Shown here: piece after piece, positions 46,723-56,800 of the stretch
How positions within the stretch are numbered: position 1 is the first letter of the stretch
Layout of the letters: each line of letters begins with the position of its first letter
Assembly: GCA_964523795.1 (NCBI GenBank)
Contig: CAZGAO010000017.1
Span: 15 to 64,014 of the forward strand
Reading direction: 5' to 3'
DNA from: an uncultured Lentimicrobiaceae bacterium
GTDB taxonomy: Bacteria > Bacteroidota > Bacteroidia > Bacteroidales > 4484-276
DNA length: 64,000 nt
Made by a program: the position numbers and the translations under genes
The notes under the pieces: model-generated
The model's input: the letters and a program-made list of their open reading frames with translations, nothing else
The model's database searches: none
Told to the model about the DNA's origin: nothing

Positions 46723-47115
46723 ATGTTAGAACTAATTGCAATTACCGGAACGATATTGAGCCAAACGAAAAAGCTGATGGAAAACCCTGCCGTTGGCGAT
46801 GCCGTAAAAGGCGTGATCAACTGGGTTGGCGGCGTGCTGGGCAAGGATTCGGCACGGAAAAAGCTCCAGGAAATCGAAGCCGACCAGCACGATGAAGGAA
46901 CAATAAAGAGTATCGAGTCGAACCTGGAATATGTGCTCGAAGGTAACGAAGCCCTGCAAAAAGAGTTGGCTGCCAAAATTGAAGAACTGCAACAAATTGC
47001 TGCCCGCGAGGGGGTACCAATGGTTACCAAAACCAACACCATAACCATTACGGGCGATGGCAGCAAAGCCTTTCAGGATTTAAAAGTAGGCGGCGATTTT
47101 ACTTACAACGGATAA
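46723..47115 (+). CDS. small helical protein (130 aa), first gene of the six-gene cluster; possible adaptor
   Basis: Predicted all-alpha / coiled-coil centre (LQEIEADQHDEGTIKSIESNLEYVLEGNEALQKELAAKIEELQQ). The C-terminal ITITGDGSKAFQDLKVGGDFTYN motif is repeated at the N-terminus of the next protein. The stop lies 1 nt before the next ATG. Confidence 0.6.
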   Translation: MLELIAITGTILSQTKKLMENPAVGDAVKGVINWVGGVLGKDSARKKLQEIEADQHDEGTIKSIESNLEYVLEGNEALQKELAAKIEELQQIAAREGVPMVTKTNTITITGDGSKAFQDLKVGGDFTYNG

Positions 47116-47116
47116 T

Positions 47117-48352
47117 ATGAACGATAAGGATCATGCGCTTGCCGGGGAAGCTGCAACCAGCATAAGTGAAACGATAAAGCAAAACGCCATCACGAATAAT
47201 GGTGATGGAAATGTTGTTATGCAGGACATTACTGCCCGTGATATAACCATCAACATTGCCAGTGGTTTGCCGCCGGAGGTGAAGCAAAAAAAAGAAGAAC
47301 TTAAAGCAAGGGTTCAAAGCCTGGCAGATAATCTAAGCGTCCTCAAGGAGCAAATAGCACCTGCTGAAATCCCTGCAGATTTCGAGCCGCCCAGCGACCC
47401 TGCATATTCAAAAATTAAATGGCGTAAGCTTCTGCAAGCCTTGCAGCATAAAGGCTGTATTTTGTTTGTAGGCCCCGAAATAGCCATTAACGAACAGGGC
47501 AATTCGCTGCATCGCGAGTTTTATAAGGTGCTGACCGAGGACTTTGACGACATCGAATACCTGGAGCAGGAAGGTTTCTTCACTCCCGAATCCGATGAGG
47601 AAATTCTTTACGATGTGCTCGAATATTACTCCAAAGATTTTCCAACCCAAAACAAAATCGGGCGCAAGCTCTTGGAGCAGTTTGCACAAATTCCTTTCGA
47701 TCTGATCCTTTCGCTTTGCCCTGACGATACCATGCGTCGTATTTTTGAAGACTACGACCTGGAGCATCGCTTTCTGTTTTACGATGGCTCGAAGCAGGAA
47801 ATCGATGCCGCCGAAAACACAACGGTGATTTATAATGTGCTGGGCAATGCTGCCGACAATGGGCGATATATTTTTACGCACGAACAGTTTTATCAGTACC
47901 TCAACAAAATTATTATTCCCTCGGCTATCAAAAAGAAGATACAGGATGCCAGCCACTTTTTGTTTATCGGTTTCGATTTTGATAAATGGTACAATCGCTT
48001 GCTGCTTTTCATCCTCGATTTTGAGCAGAAGAGAAGCGGCGGCCATCGCCTGATTGTGGGCAACAAAAAGATAAAAGAAGATATCGAGAAATTTATCGAG
48101 AAGCAGTTCAACATCACTTTTGTGGATAACGAGTACTCCCAATTTATCGAATGGCTTTCGCTGAATGCAGCGCAGGAAGGACTTTTGCGAAATCTGAACC
48201 AGGTTTTTGTGCAGAATAATTTCAGGGCCTTGAAGTATATAAGCATCCGTGTAACCGATGATGATAAACTGGAAGATTTGCTGAAGATGGAAGAACTGAC
48301 CACTGCTATTGATCAAAAAATAGAACAATTCAAAAAACGAATACAAAACTAA
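47117..48352 (+). CDS. SIR2_2-like domain protein with divergent catalytic positions
   Basis: Colinear with the SIR2_2 layout: CILFVGPEIA (GAG loop), PFDLILSLCPDD (in place of iiTTNYD), IYNVLGN...RYIFTHEQFYQYL (in place of klHG...lvlTeedY), HFLFIGFDFDKW (in place of llfiGySlsD). N-terminal AITNNGDGNVVMQDITARDITIN motif. Confidence 0.55.
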   Translation: MNDKDHALAGEAATSISETIKQNAITNNGDGNVVMQDITARDITINIASGLPPEVKQKKEELKARVQSLADNLSVLKEQIAPAEIPADFEPPSDPAYSKIKWRKLLQALQHKGCILFVGPEIAINEQGNSLHREFYKVLTEDFDDIEYLEQEGFFTPESDEEILYDVLEYYSKDFPTQNKIGRKLLEQFAQIPFDLILSLCPDDTMRRIFEDYDLEHRFLFYDGSKQEIDAAENTTVIYNVLGNAADNGRYIFTHEQFYQYLNKIIIPSAIKKKIQDASHFLFIGFDFDKWYNRLLLFILDFEQKRSGGHRLIVGNKKIKEDIEKFIEKQFNITFVDNEYSQFIEWLSLNAAQEGLLRNLNQVFVQNNFRALKYISIRVTDDDKLEDLLKMEELTTAIDQKIEQFKKRIQN

Positions 48353-48353
48353 A

Positions 48354-50528
48354 ATGGGCATCCGACGATATCCGGGGGCAACGCCCTTTAGCAGCGATCA
48401 GGCCAGGATTTTTTATGGCCGCGACAGCGACATCCAAAAGATGCTCACCCTGATACAGGTGGAAAAAAAAGTTTTGCTTTACTCCAAATCGGGGCTGGGC
48501 AAAACCTCCCTCCTCGAGGCGGGCGTTATTCCAAAGCTGCCCATAAATTATATGCCCGTCAGCATTCGTCTTTTTGCCAGCACCAAAGATGCCGTTTCGC
48601 CGGTGGCCAGCGTGCGCCAGGCTTTGAAAAAAGTAATCGATGGTCTGGACAAACTCCCTGATACGCTCCTGGATCAACTGAAAGCGGATGACCAAAAAGA
48701 CAGCTCGTTGTGGTATCTTTTCAAAAAGTTGCAATTGGCCGGCTTGGACAAAAATGAAGAGGGTAAGCAGATAATATACCTGCTGGTTTTTGATCAGTTT
48801 GAAGAGCTTTTTTCCTATTCTCCTGCCCAGATTCTGGATTTCAAAAACCAACTTTACGAACTTACCGAGCAAAGGGTGCCCGACCGTTTTGCCGCACAAA
48901 TTGCTGCTGCACGGCGCAACAATAAAGAACTTTTTACGCGCGAAGCCCTGGCCACACTTCATCAGCGCATGGACATTAAAACGGTGTTCGCCATCCGCTC
49001 CGACCGTTTGAGTTTGCTCAACCAGCTCTCGGACAAAATTACCGACATCCAGCAGGTGTATCACGAAATAAAACCCCTGAGCAATACGCAGGCCATCGAG
49101 GCGGTGGTAAAACCTGCCGCAGACAAGGATACGGTTTTTGAAACCCGACCCTATACTTTTCATTCCGATGCGTTGGCTGCCATTATTCACAATCTTTCTA
49201 TCGATGAGAACGCTGCCGAAAAGTCGCAGAAGCCCATCGAAACCACACAGCTACAAATTGTATGTCATCGCATCGAGGAAGTTGCAGAGGCAAAATATCT
49301 AAAATTAGCAAATGCAAAGGCCGATACGGTAATCGAGATTGCAGAGAAGGATTTACCCAGTTTTTCAAATATCTTTTTGGATTTTTATAACGATTCTATC
49401 CAAAAGATCGAGGAGGGCAGTCGGGCTAATGCCAAACGCCTGATTGAAGATGAGCTGATACGAAGCAATCAAAGAATTTCGCTCGACGAGAATATTTGCA
49501 AAGATTTTATCAATGCTGACCAGCTTAAAAAACTTGTTGACACCCACCTGCTTCGTGCCGAGCGCAACAGTTTCGAGCGATTTAGCTTTGAGTTATGCCA
49601 CGACACGCTGGTAAATCCGATTCTGGAATCGCGCAAGCAATTTAAGGCCGAAGAACAAGAAAGGGTGCGTGAACTAAAGCGCAGAGCCGATTTGGAGGCA
49701 TTGAAGAAAAAACAGAAAGAAGAAAGACTGGCGCAGGAGGTTGAGATGAAACGCCTGAGAGAAGAGCAAGAACGCAAGGATAAAGAAAGGGTGCGCAAGC
49801 TGCGACAACAACGGATAATCACCGGCATCGTTGCATTTTTTCTACTGGTCTCACTTGGGCTGGGATATTGGGGTTACATTAATTTTTGTGAAGCCTCGGA
49901 GCAGCGCGACATCGCTCTTTTAAAAGAACAGGATGCACAGGGAAATCTGATCAATTTCATGGATGCCCAATATGATAATTATTTCGAGAATGCCCAAGGT
50001 GCCACCAAAGATGCAGATTATACGCTTGCAATTCAAAACTACTATGAGGCAATACCGTGGATTCACGCAAATATTGTTAGTGCCGTTGATACCGGAAGCG
50101 ACTGCAATATTTTTACTGTATTGTTTTCGTCTCAAGCCGAAGAAAATTATCTGAAGGAGCACAGCAAAATCTACCGCGCGCAAGAGGAATTAGCTATCAG
50201 CGATAGCTTGAGCAAAATGTTGGCGGTGATCGATGGTATAAAGTTTTGCGAGCGAAAAGCCTCCAAAAAAGCCACCATCGATAGCTTGCACAGGCAGGCA
50301 AACAGCTATATGCGAAAGCGCAATTATATAAAGGCACTCCAACTCTTCCGTGAGGCCTATCGCGAAGACGACAATATGCCGGGAAGCAAGCAAAAATTTA
50401 TTGATGCCAAAAAAGAAGCGGTGCGGATGTACGAAAAAAGCATGGATGATTACCGGGAAATTGGCGATCAGGCTGAATGGGAAAGAGCCGAAGACTTATT
50501 AGATCAGGTAAATTTGATACGATTGTAG
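48354..50528 (+). CDS. nSTAND-type (novel STAND) P-loop NTPase with coiled coil, one TM helix and a C-terminal helical-repeat domain
   Basis: RYPGATPFSSDQARIFYGRDSDIQKM...LLYSKSGLGKTSLLEAGVIPKL (nSTAND1-like N-terminus plus Walker A). LLVFDQFEELF (Walker B). Charged coiled coil KQFKAEEQERVRELKRRADLEALKKKQKEERL.... TM helix IITGIVAFFLLVSLGLGYWGYINF. TPR-like tail. Confidence 0.7.
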   Translation: MGIRRYPGATPFSSDQARIFYGRDSDIQKMLTLIQVEKKVLLYSKSGLGKTSLLEAGVIPKLPINYMPVSIRLFASTKDAVSPVASVRQALKKVIDGLDKLPDTLLDQLKADDQKDSSLWYLFKKLQLAGLDKNEEGKQIIYLLVFDQFEELFSYSPAQILDFKNQLYELTEQRVPDRFAAQIAAARRNNKELFTREALATLHQRMDIKTVFAIRSDRLSLLNQLSDKITDIQQVYHEIKPLSNTQAIEAVVKPAADKDTVFETRPYTFHSDALAAIIHNLSIDENAAEKSQKPIETTQLQIVCHRIEEVAEAKYLKLANAKADTVIEIAEKDLPSFSNIFLDFYNDSIQKIEEGSRANAKRLIEDELIRSNQRISLDENICKDFINADQLKKLVDTHLLRAERNSFERFSFELCHDTLVNPILESRKQFKAEEQERVRELKRRADLEALKKKQKEERLAQEVEMKRLREEQERKDKERVRKLRQQRIITGIVAFFLLVSLGLGYWGYINFCEASEQRDIALLKEQDAQGNLINFMDAQYDNYFENAQGATKDADYTLAIQNYYEAIPWIHANIVSAVDTGSDCNIFTVLFSSQAEENYLKEHSKIYRAQEELAISDSLSKMLAVIDGIKFCERKASKKATIDSLHRQANSYMRKRNYIKALQLFREAYREDDNMPGSKQKFIDAKKEAVRMYEKSMDDYREIGDQAEWERAEDLLDQVNLIRL

Positions 50529-50532
50529 CATT

Positions 50533-53500
50533 ATGAAAAAGATATTTATCATAGTATTTCTGCTTGGGATCACATTTTCGTTGCTTGCGCAGGAAAGCGA
50601 TTTTAAGCGGAATTTCGACAAGGCAAAGGTTCTTTTCGCAAGCGAAACGCCGAATTACATCAAGGCTTTTCAGTATTTCGACAAGGCCTACGACTGGGCT
50701 GTCAGCACAAGCGAAGAAGATTTGGCCATGGAATGGAAAAACAAATGCCGCGTAGCCATCCAAAAGCAACAAGCCAAATTGGAAATTACTATCGGGCAAA
50801 ACCAGGATATCATCGGAGCCTTTTATTTTTACGACAAAAAATTTGCCCTGGCCTTTAAGGATAACAAATACGGCTTTATCGATACCCTGGGACAGGCGGT
50901 AATTGGCTACAAATACGACGAGGGGCGACCCTTTGACAACTATGGCCTGGCTCGCGTAAAACGCAATAATCAATATTTTTTGCTCGACACCGCCAAAACC
51001 GAATATTTGCTTGCCGATGGTTTTAATCGCCTGGTGGCCGAAACGCAGGCACTCGACCTGAGCAATAAGCAGCTCAGCGAATTGCCCGAGCTGGTGCTAA
51101 AAATTCATGGATTGAATATCCTCATGCTGAGCGGGAATTTTATCCACCAAATACCTGAAGATATTGCATTGCTTGCGCAAATGAAGATGCTGATTTTGAA
51201 TAATAATTTATTGCGCCATTTACCCGATAGCATCGGGAAACTGCAAAATCTAATAGTGCTCGATGTAAGCGATAATCGTCTGGATTCACTGCCAGCTTCG
51301 ATGGGTGAATTGAGCGGTATGCGCAATTTTTATATGTCCAACAATTTTATAAGTCATGTCCCTTCCGGGATTCAAAATATGAGGCAGCTTACCAATCTCG
51401 ACCTAAGCAACAATCAAATTCGCACGCTGCCCACAGCATTGGGGCAACTCGAAGATTTGAAAACTTTGAAAGTAAATAATAATATACTCGAAGATGTTCC
51501 TGATATTGTTTTTAGCTTTACTGCTATTGAATATCTCGACCTGAGCGGGAATGCGATTAAAAATTTGCCTCCGGCAATCGAAAGGCTTGATGATTTGCTT
51601 AGCCTGGATATTAGCGGAAACAGTATCGAAAGCCTGCCCTCCGAAATCAGAAAGCTGGATCATCTGCAGGTATTATCTTTTGCTGGAAACCAGATAAGTG
51701 ATATCCCACCGCAGATTGGCGAACTTGATCAATTGAAAATACTGGATGCTTCTGAAAACGCCATCGGGGATTTACCCGATTCTTTTGAAAACCTGGATAA
51801 CTTAACGATGCTCGATTTGGGTGGCAACCGATTACAAGCGTTTCCTGATCACCTATTAAAAATCAAAGATTTAAAAATTTTAAAACTAAACAACAACAAT
51901 ATCCCAATTATTCCCAGCCAAATTCATCAGCTAAAAAAACTAAATACTTTTGATATTAGTCATAACAATCTTCGCATTGTTGCTCCTCAAATCGATTCGC
52001 TTACCCATCTTACCCGGCTCTTTTTGAATAATAATAAAATCGAACAACTGCCTGCCGGAATTAGCCAACTACTTTTGCTGGATGAACTGGATGTAAGCTA
52101 TAATAATCTTTCGGCCTTGCCTGCCGATTTTGATAATCTGGAGTACTTGCAGTGGCTAAATCTGAGTAATAACAAGTTTAGCCAATTTCCACCCGTGTTA
52201 ACAAATCTTTATGCTTTAAGCGATCTTGATATTTCCAACAATCAACTCACAAGCCTTGATGCGCAAATCGACCGAATGACCCGGTTAACGAAACTCAATG
52301 TTTCGGTAAATCAACTAAAAGAATTGCCCGCCAATATTGGAGGGCTGCATCACCTAAGGCATCTCAACGTTTCGGATAATCAGCTTAGCACATTACCACA
52401 GGATTTGGGAAAACTGAAAAAGCTGACTTATTTAAAACTAAATAATAATCAACTCGACACACTTCCTCTTGCCCTCTTTAATCTTGACGCATTAAGCACC
52501 TTGGTTGCCAGCAATAATCAAATCAGCACGCTGCTCAAACGCTTACCACACCTGACTAATCTTAGCCATATAGATTTACGCAACAACGCACTGGACACAA
52601 TCCCACGCGGATGGGCTTTGCTACCCAAATTGCAAGTGCTGGATCTGCGTGGCAATCCCAATCTAGATCTCAATACGCTGATACACGCTTTTAGCCTGTC
52701 AAGCAGGAAAATTATTATTTCGGCAGGCAAAAACGATTACAGTACACTGGTGGATGAAAACATTACACTGATAAAAATTGACCCACCGGCTTCGCTTCCT
52801 GCTAAATTGTATAAATTGAATAATTTGCTCCTGCTCGACATTCAGGGAGCCGAAGGCATAACTGTAGATAATATTTTGAATATTACCGAAAAGCAACGCA
52901 ACAAATTTGTTTATGCCAGCTCGGCCTTTCCTGATTTGAGCGACCGCAACAAGACGGTGATAAATATGGATGCAAGTCTTTTTTTGAAAATGCGACGAAA
53001 TACCCAAGTTCAAAACAATGAACTGGACTTATCCGGGGAAGCATTGGTAGATATTTCTTTTCCGTCAGCAACATTCAAAGATCTGGAACGCCTGAATTTA
53101 AGCAATACTGCGCTAAGAAAACTTCCTAACGACCTCTGGAAATTTAAAAACCTACGCTACCTTGATCTAAGCAAAAATGAACTCTCGGGCATCCTGCCTG
53201 GCGAAATTAAAAGCCTAAGCAGCTTGCACAGCCTGGATATCAGCGGCAATAATTTTTCAGACCTTCCATCTGAAATAGAGGATTTATCTCAGCTTAACAG
53301 TCTGCTGGCCAACAACAATAATTTTACACTGCTTCCGCAAACCATCGGCAATCTGCACAATCTAAAGTATTTAGTTTTGGATGACAATCCACTGGCTGCT
53401 CTTCCCGATTCGCTGGCCGCATTGAAAAACCTCAGCTATCTCAGCCTTAATATCGATAGCCTGACTATGATTCCCGATGACTTTGCAATCCTGGCAAACA

Positions 53501-53826
53501 TTGACGGCCTGAAAACGCTAAGCCTAAATGCCGGAGCTATGGCTAGCTTACCTGATGAGATCGGTCTGCTGCGCAATATCGAAGTGCTGTATATTACGGC
53601 TGATAATGCCGAAGAACTTACAGACCGGATTGGTGAGCTGGACAACTTAAGCGAATTGCATCTGTGGATGGAAAAACTAAAATCGCTGGCCGATGGCCTT
53701 GAAAATTTAAGTAAGCTCAAACGCTTACACGTAAATTCAAGCCTGCTAAACCAGGATTTGGAAAGCCTGGGGAAAGCTCTGCCCGATTGCGAAATAATTA
53801 TTGAAAACAAAATCACGCAGCCATGA
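50533..53826 (+). CDS. secreted leucine-rich repeat protein (~38 LRRs) with N-terminal WG/KWG-like repeats
   Basis: Signal peptide MKKIFIIVFLLGITFSLLAQ. YGFIDTLGQAVIGYKYDEGRPFDNYGLARVKRNNQYFLLD is WG-repeat-like. A long run follows of 23-aa LxxLxxLxLxxNxLxxLPxxI units. Confidence 0.85.
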   Translation: MKKIFIIVFLLGITFSLLAQESDFKRNFDKAKVLFASETPNYIKAFQYFDKAYDWAVSTSEEDLAMEWKNKCRVAIQKQQAKLEITIGQNQDIIGAFYFYDKKFALAFKDNKYGFIDTLGQAVIGYKYDEGRPFDNYGLARVKRNNQYFLLDTAKTEYLLADGFNRLVAETQALDLSNKQLSELPELVLKIHGLNILMLSGNFIHQIPEDIALLAQMKMLILNNNLLRHLPDSIGKLQNLIVLDVSDNRLDSLPASMGELSGMRNFYMSNNFISHVPSGIQNMRQLTNLDLSNNQIRTLPTALGQLEDLKTLKVNNNILEDVPDIVFSFTAIEYLDLSGNAIKNLPPAIERLDDLLSLDISGNSIESLPSEIRKLDHLQVLSFAGNQISDIPPQIGELDQLKILDASENAIGDLPDSFENLDNLTMLDLGGNRLQAFPDHLLKIKDLKILKLNNNNIPIIPSQIHQLKKLNTFDISHNNLRIVAPQIDSLTHLTRLFLNNNKIEQLPAGISQLLLLDELDVSYNNLSALPADFDNLEYLQWLNLSNNKFSQFPPVLTNLYALSDLDISNNQLTSLDAQIDRMTRLTKLNVSVNQLKELPANIGGLHHLRHLNVSDNQLSTLPQDLGKLKKLTYLKLNNNQLDTLPLALFNLDALSTLVASNNQISTLLKRLPHLTNLSHIDLRNNALDTIPRGWALLPKLQVLDLRGNPNLDLNTLIHAFSLSSRKIIISAGKNDYSTLVDENITLIKIDPPASLPAKLYKLNNLLLLDIQGAEGITVDNILNITEKQRNKFVYASSAFPDLSDRNKTVINMDASLFLKMRRNTQVQNNELDLSGEALVDISFPSATFKDLERLNLSNTALRKLPNDLWKFKNLRYLDLSKNELSGILPGEIKSLSSLHSLDISGNNFSDLPSEIEDLSQLNSLLANNNNFTLLPQTIGNLHNLKYLVLDDNPLAALPDSLAALKNLSYLSLNIDSLTMIPDDFAILANIDGLKTLSLNAGAMASLPDEIGLLRNIEVLYITADNAEELTDRIGELDNLSELHLWMEKLKSLADGLENLSKLKRLHVNSSLLNQDLESLGKALPDCEIIIENKITQP

Positions 53827-56800
53827 AAAATATATTCGAGACATTAATTGGTTTAAAAATACTGGCACTTGCGCTCATGCTTAATACCCTTGGGCTGAGC
53901 GCACAGGAACAAGCAGGGGCAAACCAAAACCAATCGTACGCTAAAGTCATAAAAAATATAAGCGAATGGTCGCAGGGAAAAATCACCGGTGCCAGAGTTC
54001 TTGAAATTATCGCGTTGCCCGTGGTGCAAAAGAAGTTGCCGATGAATCCAAACCGACTTTTGGGCGATACCATTTTTATCGTGCCCGAAATTGCGGTAGC
54101 AGCTTACGATCAAAACCAGATCAGCTTTCAATACTTCCCCGAAGATACTTTTTTTGAAGATTCGATACTAATTTCCTTTCCGCAAAATCCCGGCTGGATT
54201 ACGGGCAGCACGGTCGATTCAACAAGTTCGGAAATTGCCGTTAACATCCAAACCAACGCTTTGCCTGAGCCGCGATCAACGCCGGTGCGCATTCAGGGAA
54301 TCATAAATACAGATACGGTGGAATACACAGCCTATATTCTTCAGCAGGCACAGCAACAACAGTTTATCCTGGTGTTGCCACAATTCCTCACGCTGTCTCC
54401 CGAAGCAGCCTTAACAATCCCCATCGATATTACTACCATAAACGTAGATGGCTGGACGGCCATTTTTACTACAAACTGGATTTCGGTTGATTCAGCAAGT
54501 CTGACCAATCAAAGCATTCGTTTCGATGTGGCAGCCAACAACGGAAACAGCAGTCGCACGGCGACAATCGAAATTCAGGATATCGAAAATCCGGATATTG
54601 CTGCGCAAATTACGCTCACGCAAGAGGCTTCTTTTCTTGTGCTCGATCCGGCGCAGGTGCTGGTTCCCTGCGAGGGGGCAAATATTTTAGTAAATATTAG
54701 CAGCCTTAACGTGGATAGCATCGTGGTGGATGCAGGCGTTTTTTTTGGTACTGTACAAATTTTCAGCAACGATAGCCTTGCCCTTACTATCCCACCCAAT
54801 CCTGATGCCACAGCACGACAAGCAAGTATTTCGGTTTGTAGTTTTGATAATCCTGCAATTTGCGCCGAACTTGATGTTTTGCAATACAGTTGCAATCAGG
54901 CTTACATCGTAATAAGTCCGGCCTTTCATTCGGTGCCTTACGAAGGAGGGCTTAGTCCTGATTACTTTATCAACACCTCCAATGTGCCGACCTGGGAAGT
55001 TATTTTTGATAATGCAATTCCCTGGATTACGGATACGATTTTTGATGGCGGCAATTTGCGTTTTCAAGTAGCAGCAAACAGCGATGCTGCAAGCCGGTCG
55101 GCAACTTTTAAGGTACGCAGCACAAGCAATGGCGCAATCGTGGATTCGGCAGTTTTGTTTCAGGCTGGTGCTCCAATGCCGGTTATTTTAGCTTCGCCAC
55201 GCACACAAGTGGTAAGCCATCAGGGCAGCGACAGTGTGGATTTTATTATTACTTATCAAAATATCGATAGCTGGACTTTGGATAATGCCACCCTGCCTCC
55301 CTGGATAACTGTTGATGCCGCTGCCGGCAATTTGCTTAGTCTGGATGTGATGAGCAATAACAGTAATATCACGCGCAATGCGAATATCCGGATTTTTTCG
55401 CCTGCTACGCCCCAGGTTCGCGACAGCGTTTTTGTAGTTCAATATGCAGCTCCCGAGCAGGATTTGGTGGCAGCACCGCGCCAGCAATCACTGCCCTGGA
55501 CTGCTTCTCCTTCGGTGGCTTTTGCAGTAACTGCCGTTAATGTAGATCATTGGCTGGTGGATACCACCGCGCTACCAGCCTGGATAAATGTGGCCGTTTC
55601 GGGCGATGAAGTGCTCATGTTGGATGTGGAAGCCAACCTTTCGGCATCAACGCGTCAGGCAGTGATTTCGATTTTTGACTCGCTGCAAACCGAGGTGCGC
55701 GACTCGGTTTCGATTTATCAGTTTGCACAAACCGAAGCCTATCTGATTGCCTCGCCACGCGAAAAAAGATTGAGCCGATTGGGTGCCGAAAAAACTGATT
55801 TTGTAATTTCGAGAGCCAACGTGGAGAACTGGGAAACTGATGTTACGACCCTACCCTTATGGATAGAAGTGCTGAACGAGGGTAACGATACCCTGAGTTT
55901 GAAAATCACCGAAAACCCATCAATGCAAACCCGGAGTGCAAGCATCAGCATATTTGCAACGGAGGATACTACGGTTAGAGATTCGGTTTTTGTTTTTCAA
56001 TATGCTGCAAACGACACCGTGCTGATAGCCGCACCGCGCGAAGTGCTTCTGCCTGCCGAAGGAAGCCCTGCCGTTGATTTTGCGATTACCGCACTTTACG
56101 TGGATGCCTGGCGGGTGGACGAAGATATGCTGGCAGATTGGATTGAAGTGGTAAGCACGAGCGAGGATTCGCTGCGCATTAGCGTAAGTGCCAACGATAG
56201 CCCAGGTACACGCAGCGCAATGATTCAGATTTATGATACCTTGAATCGAAATATCAGCGACAGCTTATTTATTTATCAATACGCCACGCCGCAAGCCTAC
56301 ATACTTATATCTCCCCGGTCGGATACCTCGGGCTTTACCGGAAAAACTACCTCTTTCGATATTACTACCGTAAATATTTCGGGCGACTTATTTTTTGATG
56401 AAGCCTTGCTACCCGAATGGATTGAAGCGGAAATTGTAAATAATTTATTGAATGTGGAAATAAATCCCAACGGCAACTCTGCCACACGCGAAACCACGAT
56501 TGTAGTTTATGAGGATAACAATCCTGATATTCGCGATTCAGTTTTAGTGTATCAATATGCCCTGCCCGGGAAATATCTGTTGGCCGCGCCACGCGAACAA
56601 AGCGTGGGCCACGAGCCGGGCACCGCCTTATTCGATATTACCGCCGTGGGCATGGATACCTGGTTTGTGGACACCACCACACTTCCCGCCTGGATTCCCG
56701 AATACAGCATGATAGGGCAAAGCATTATGTTTTCTTATCAGGAAAATTTAAGCCTGCAAACCCGATCTGCAAGCATTCGCATATTTGCCGATTCGATGGC

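Noticed and set aside
47408-49190. 317-aa and 286-aa minus-strand ORFs (47408-48361, 48330-49190)
   Set aside because: Antisense to the SIR2-like and nSTAND genes, which carry clear motifs (Walker A/B). Their sequences are Phe/Leu/Ile-rich mirror translations.
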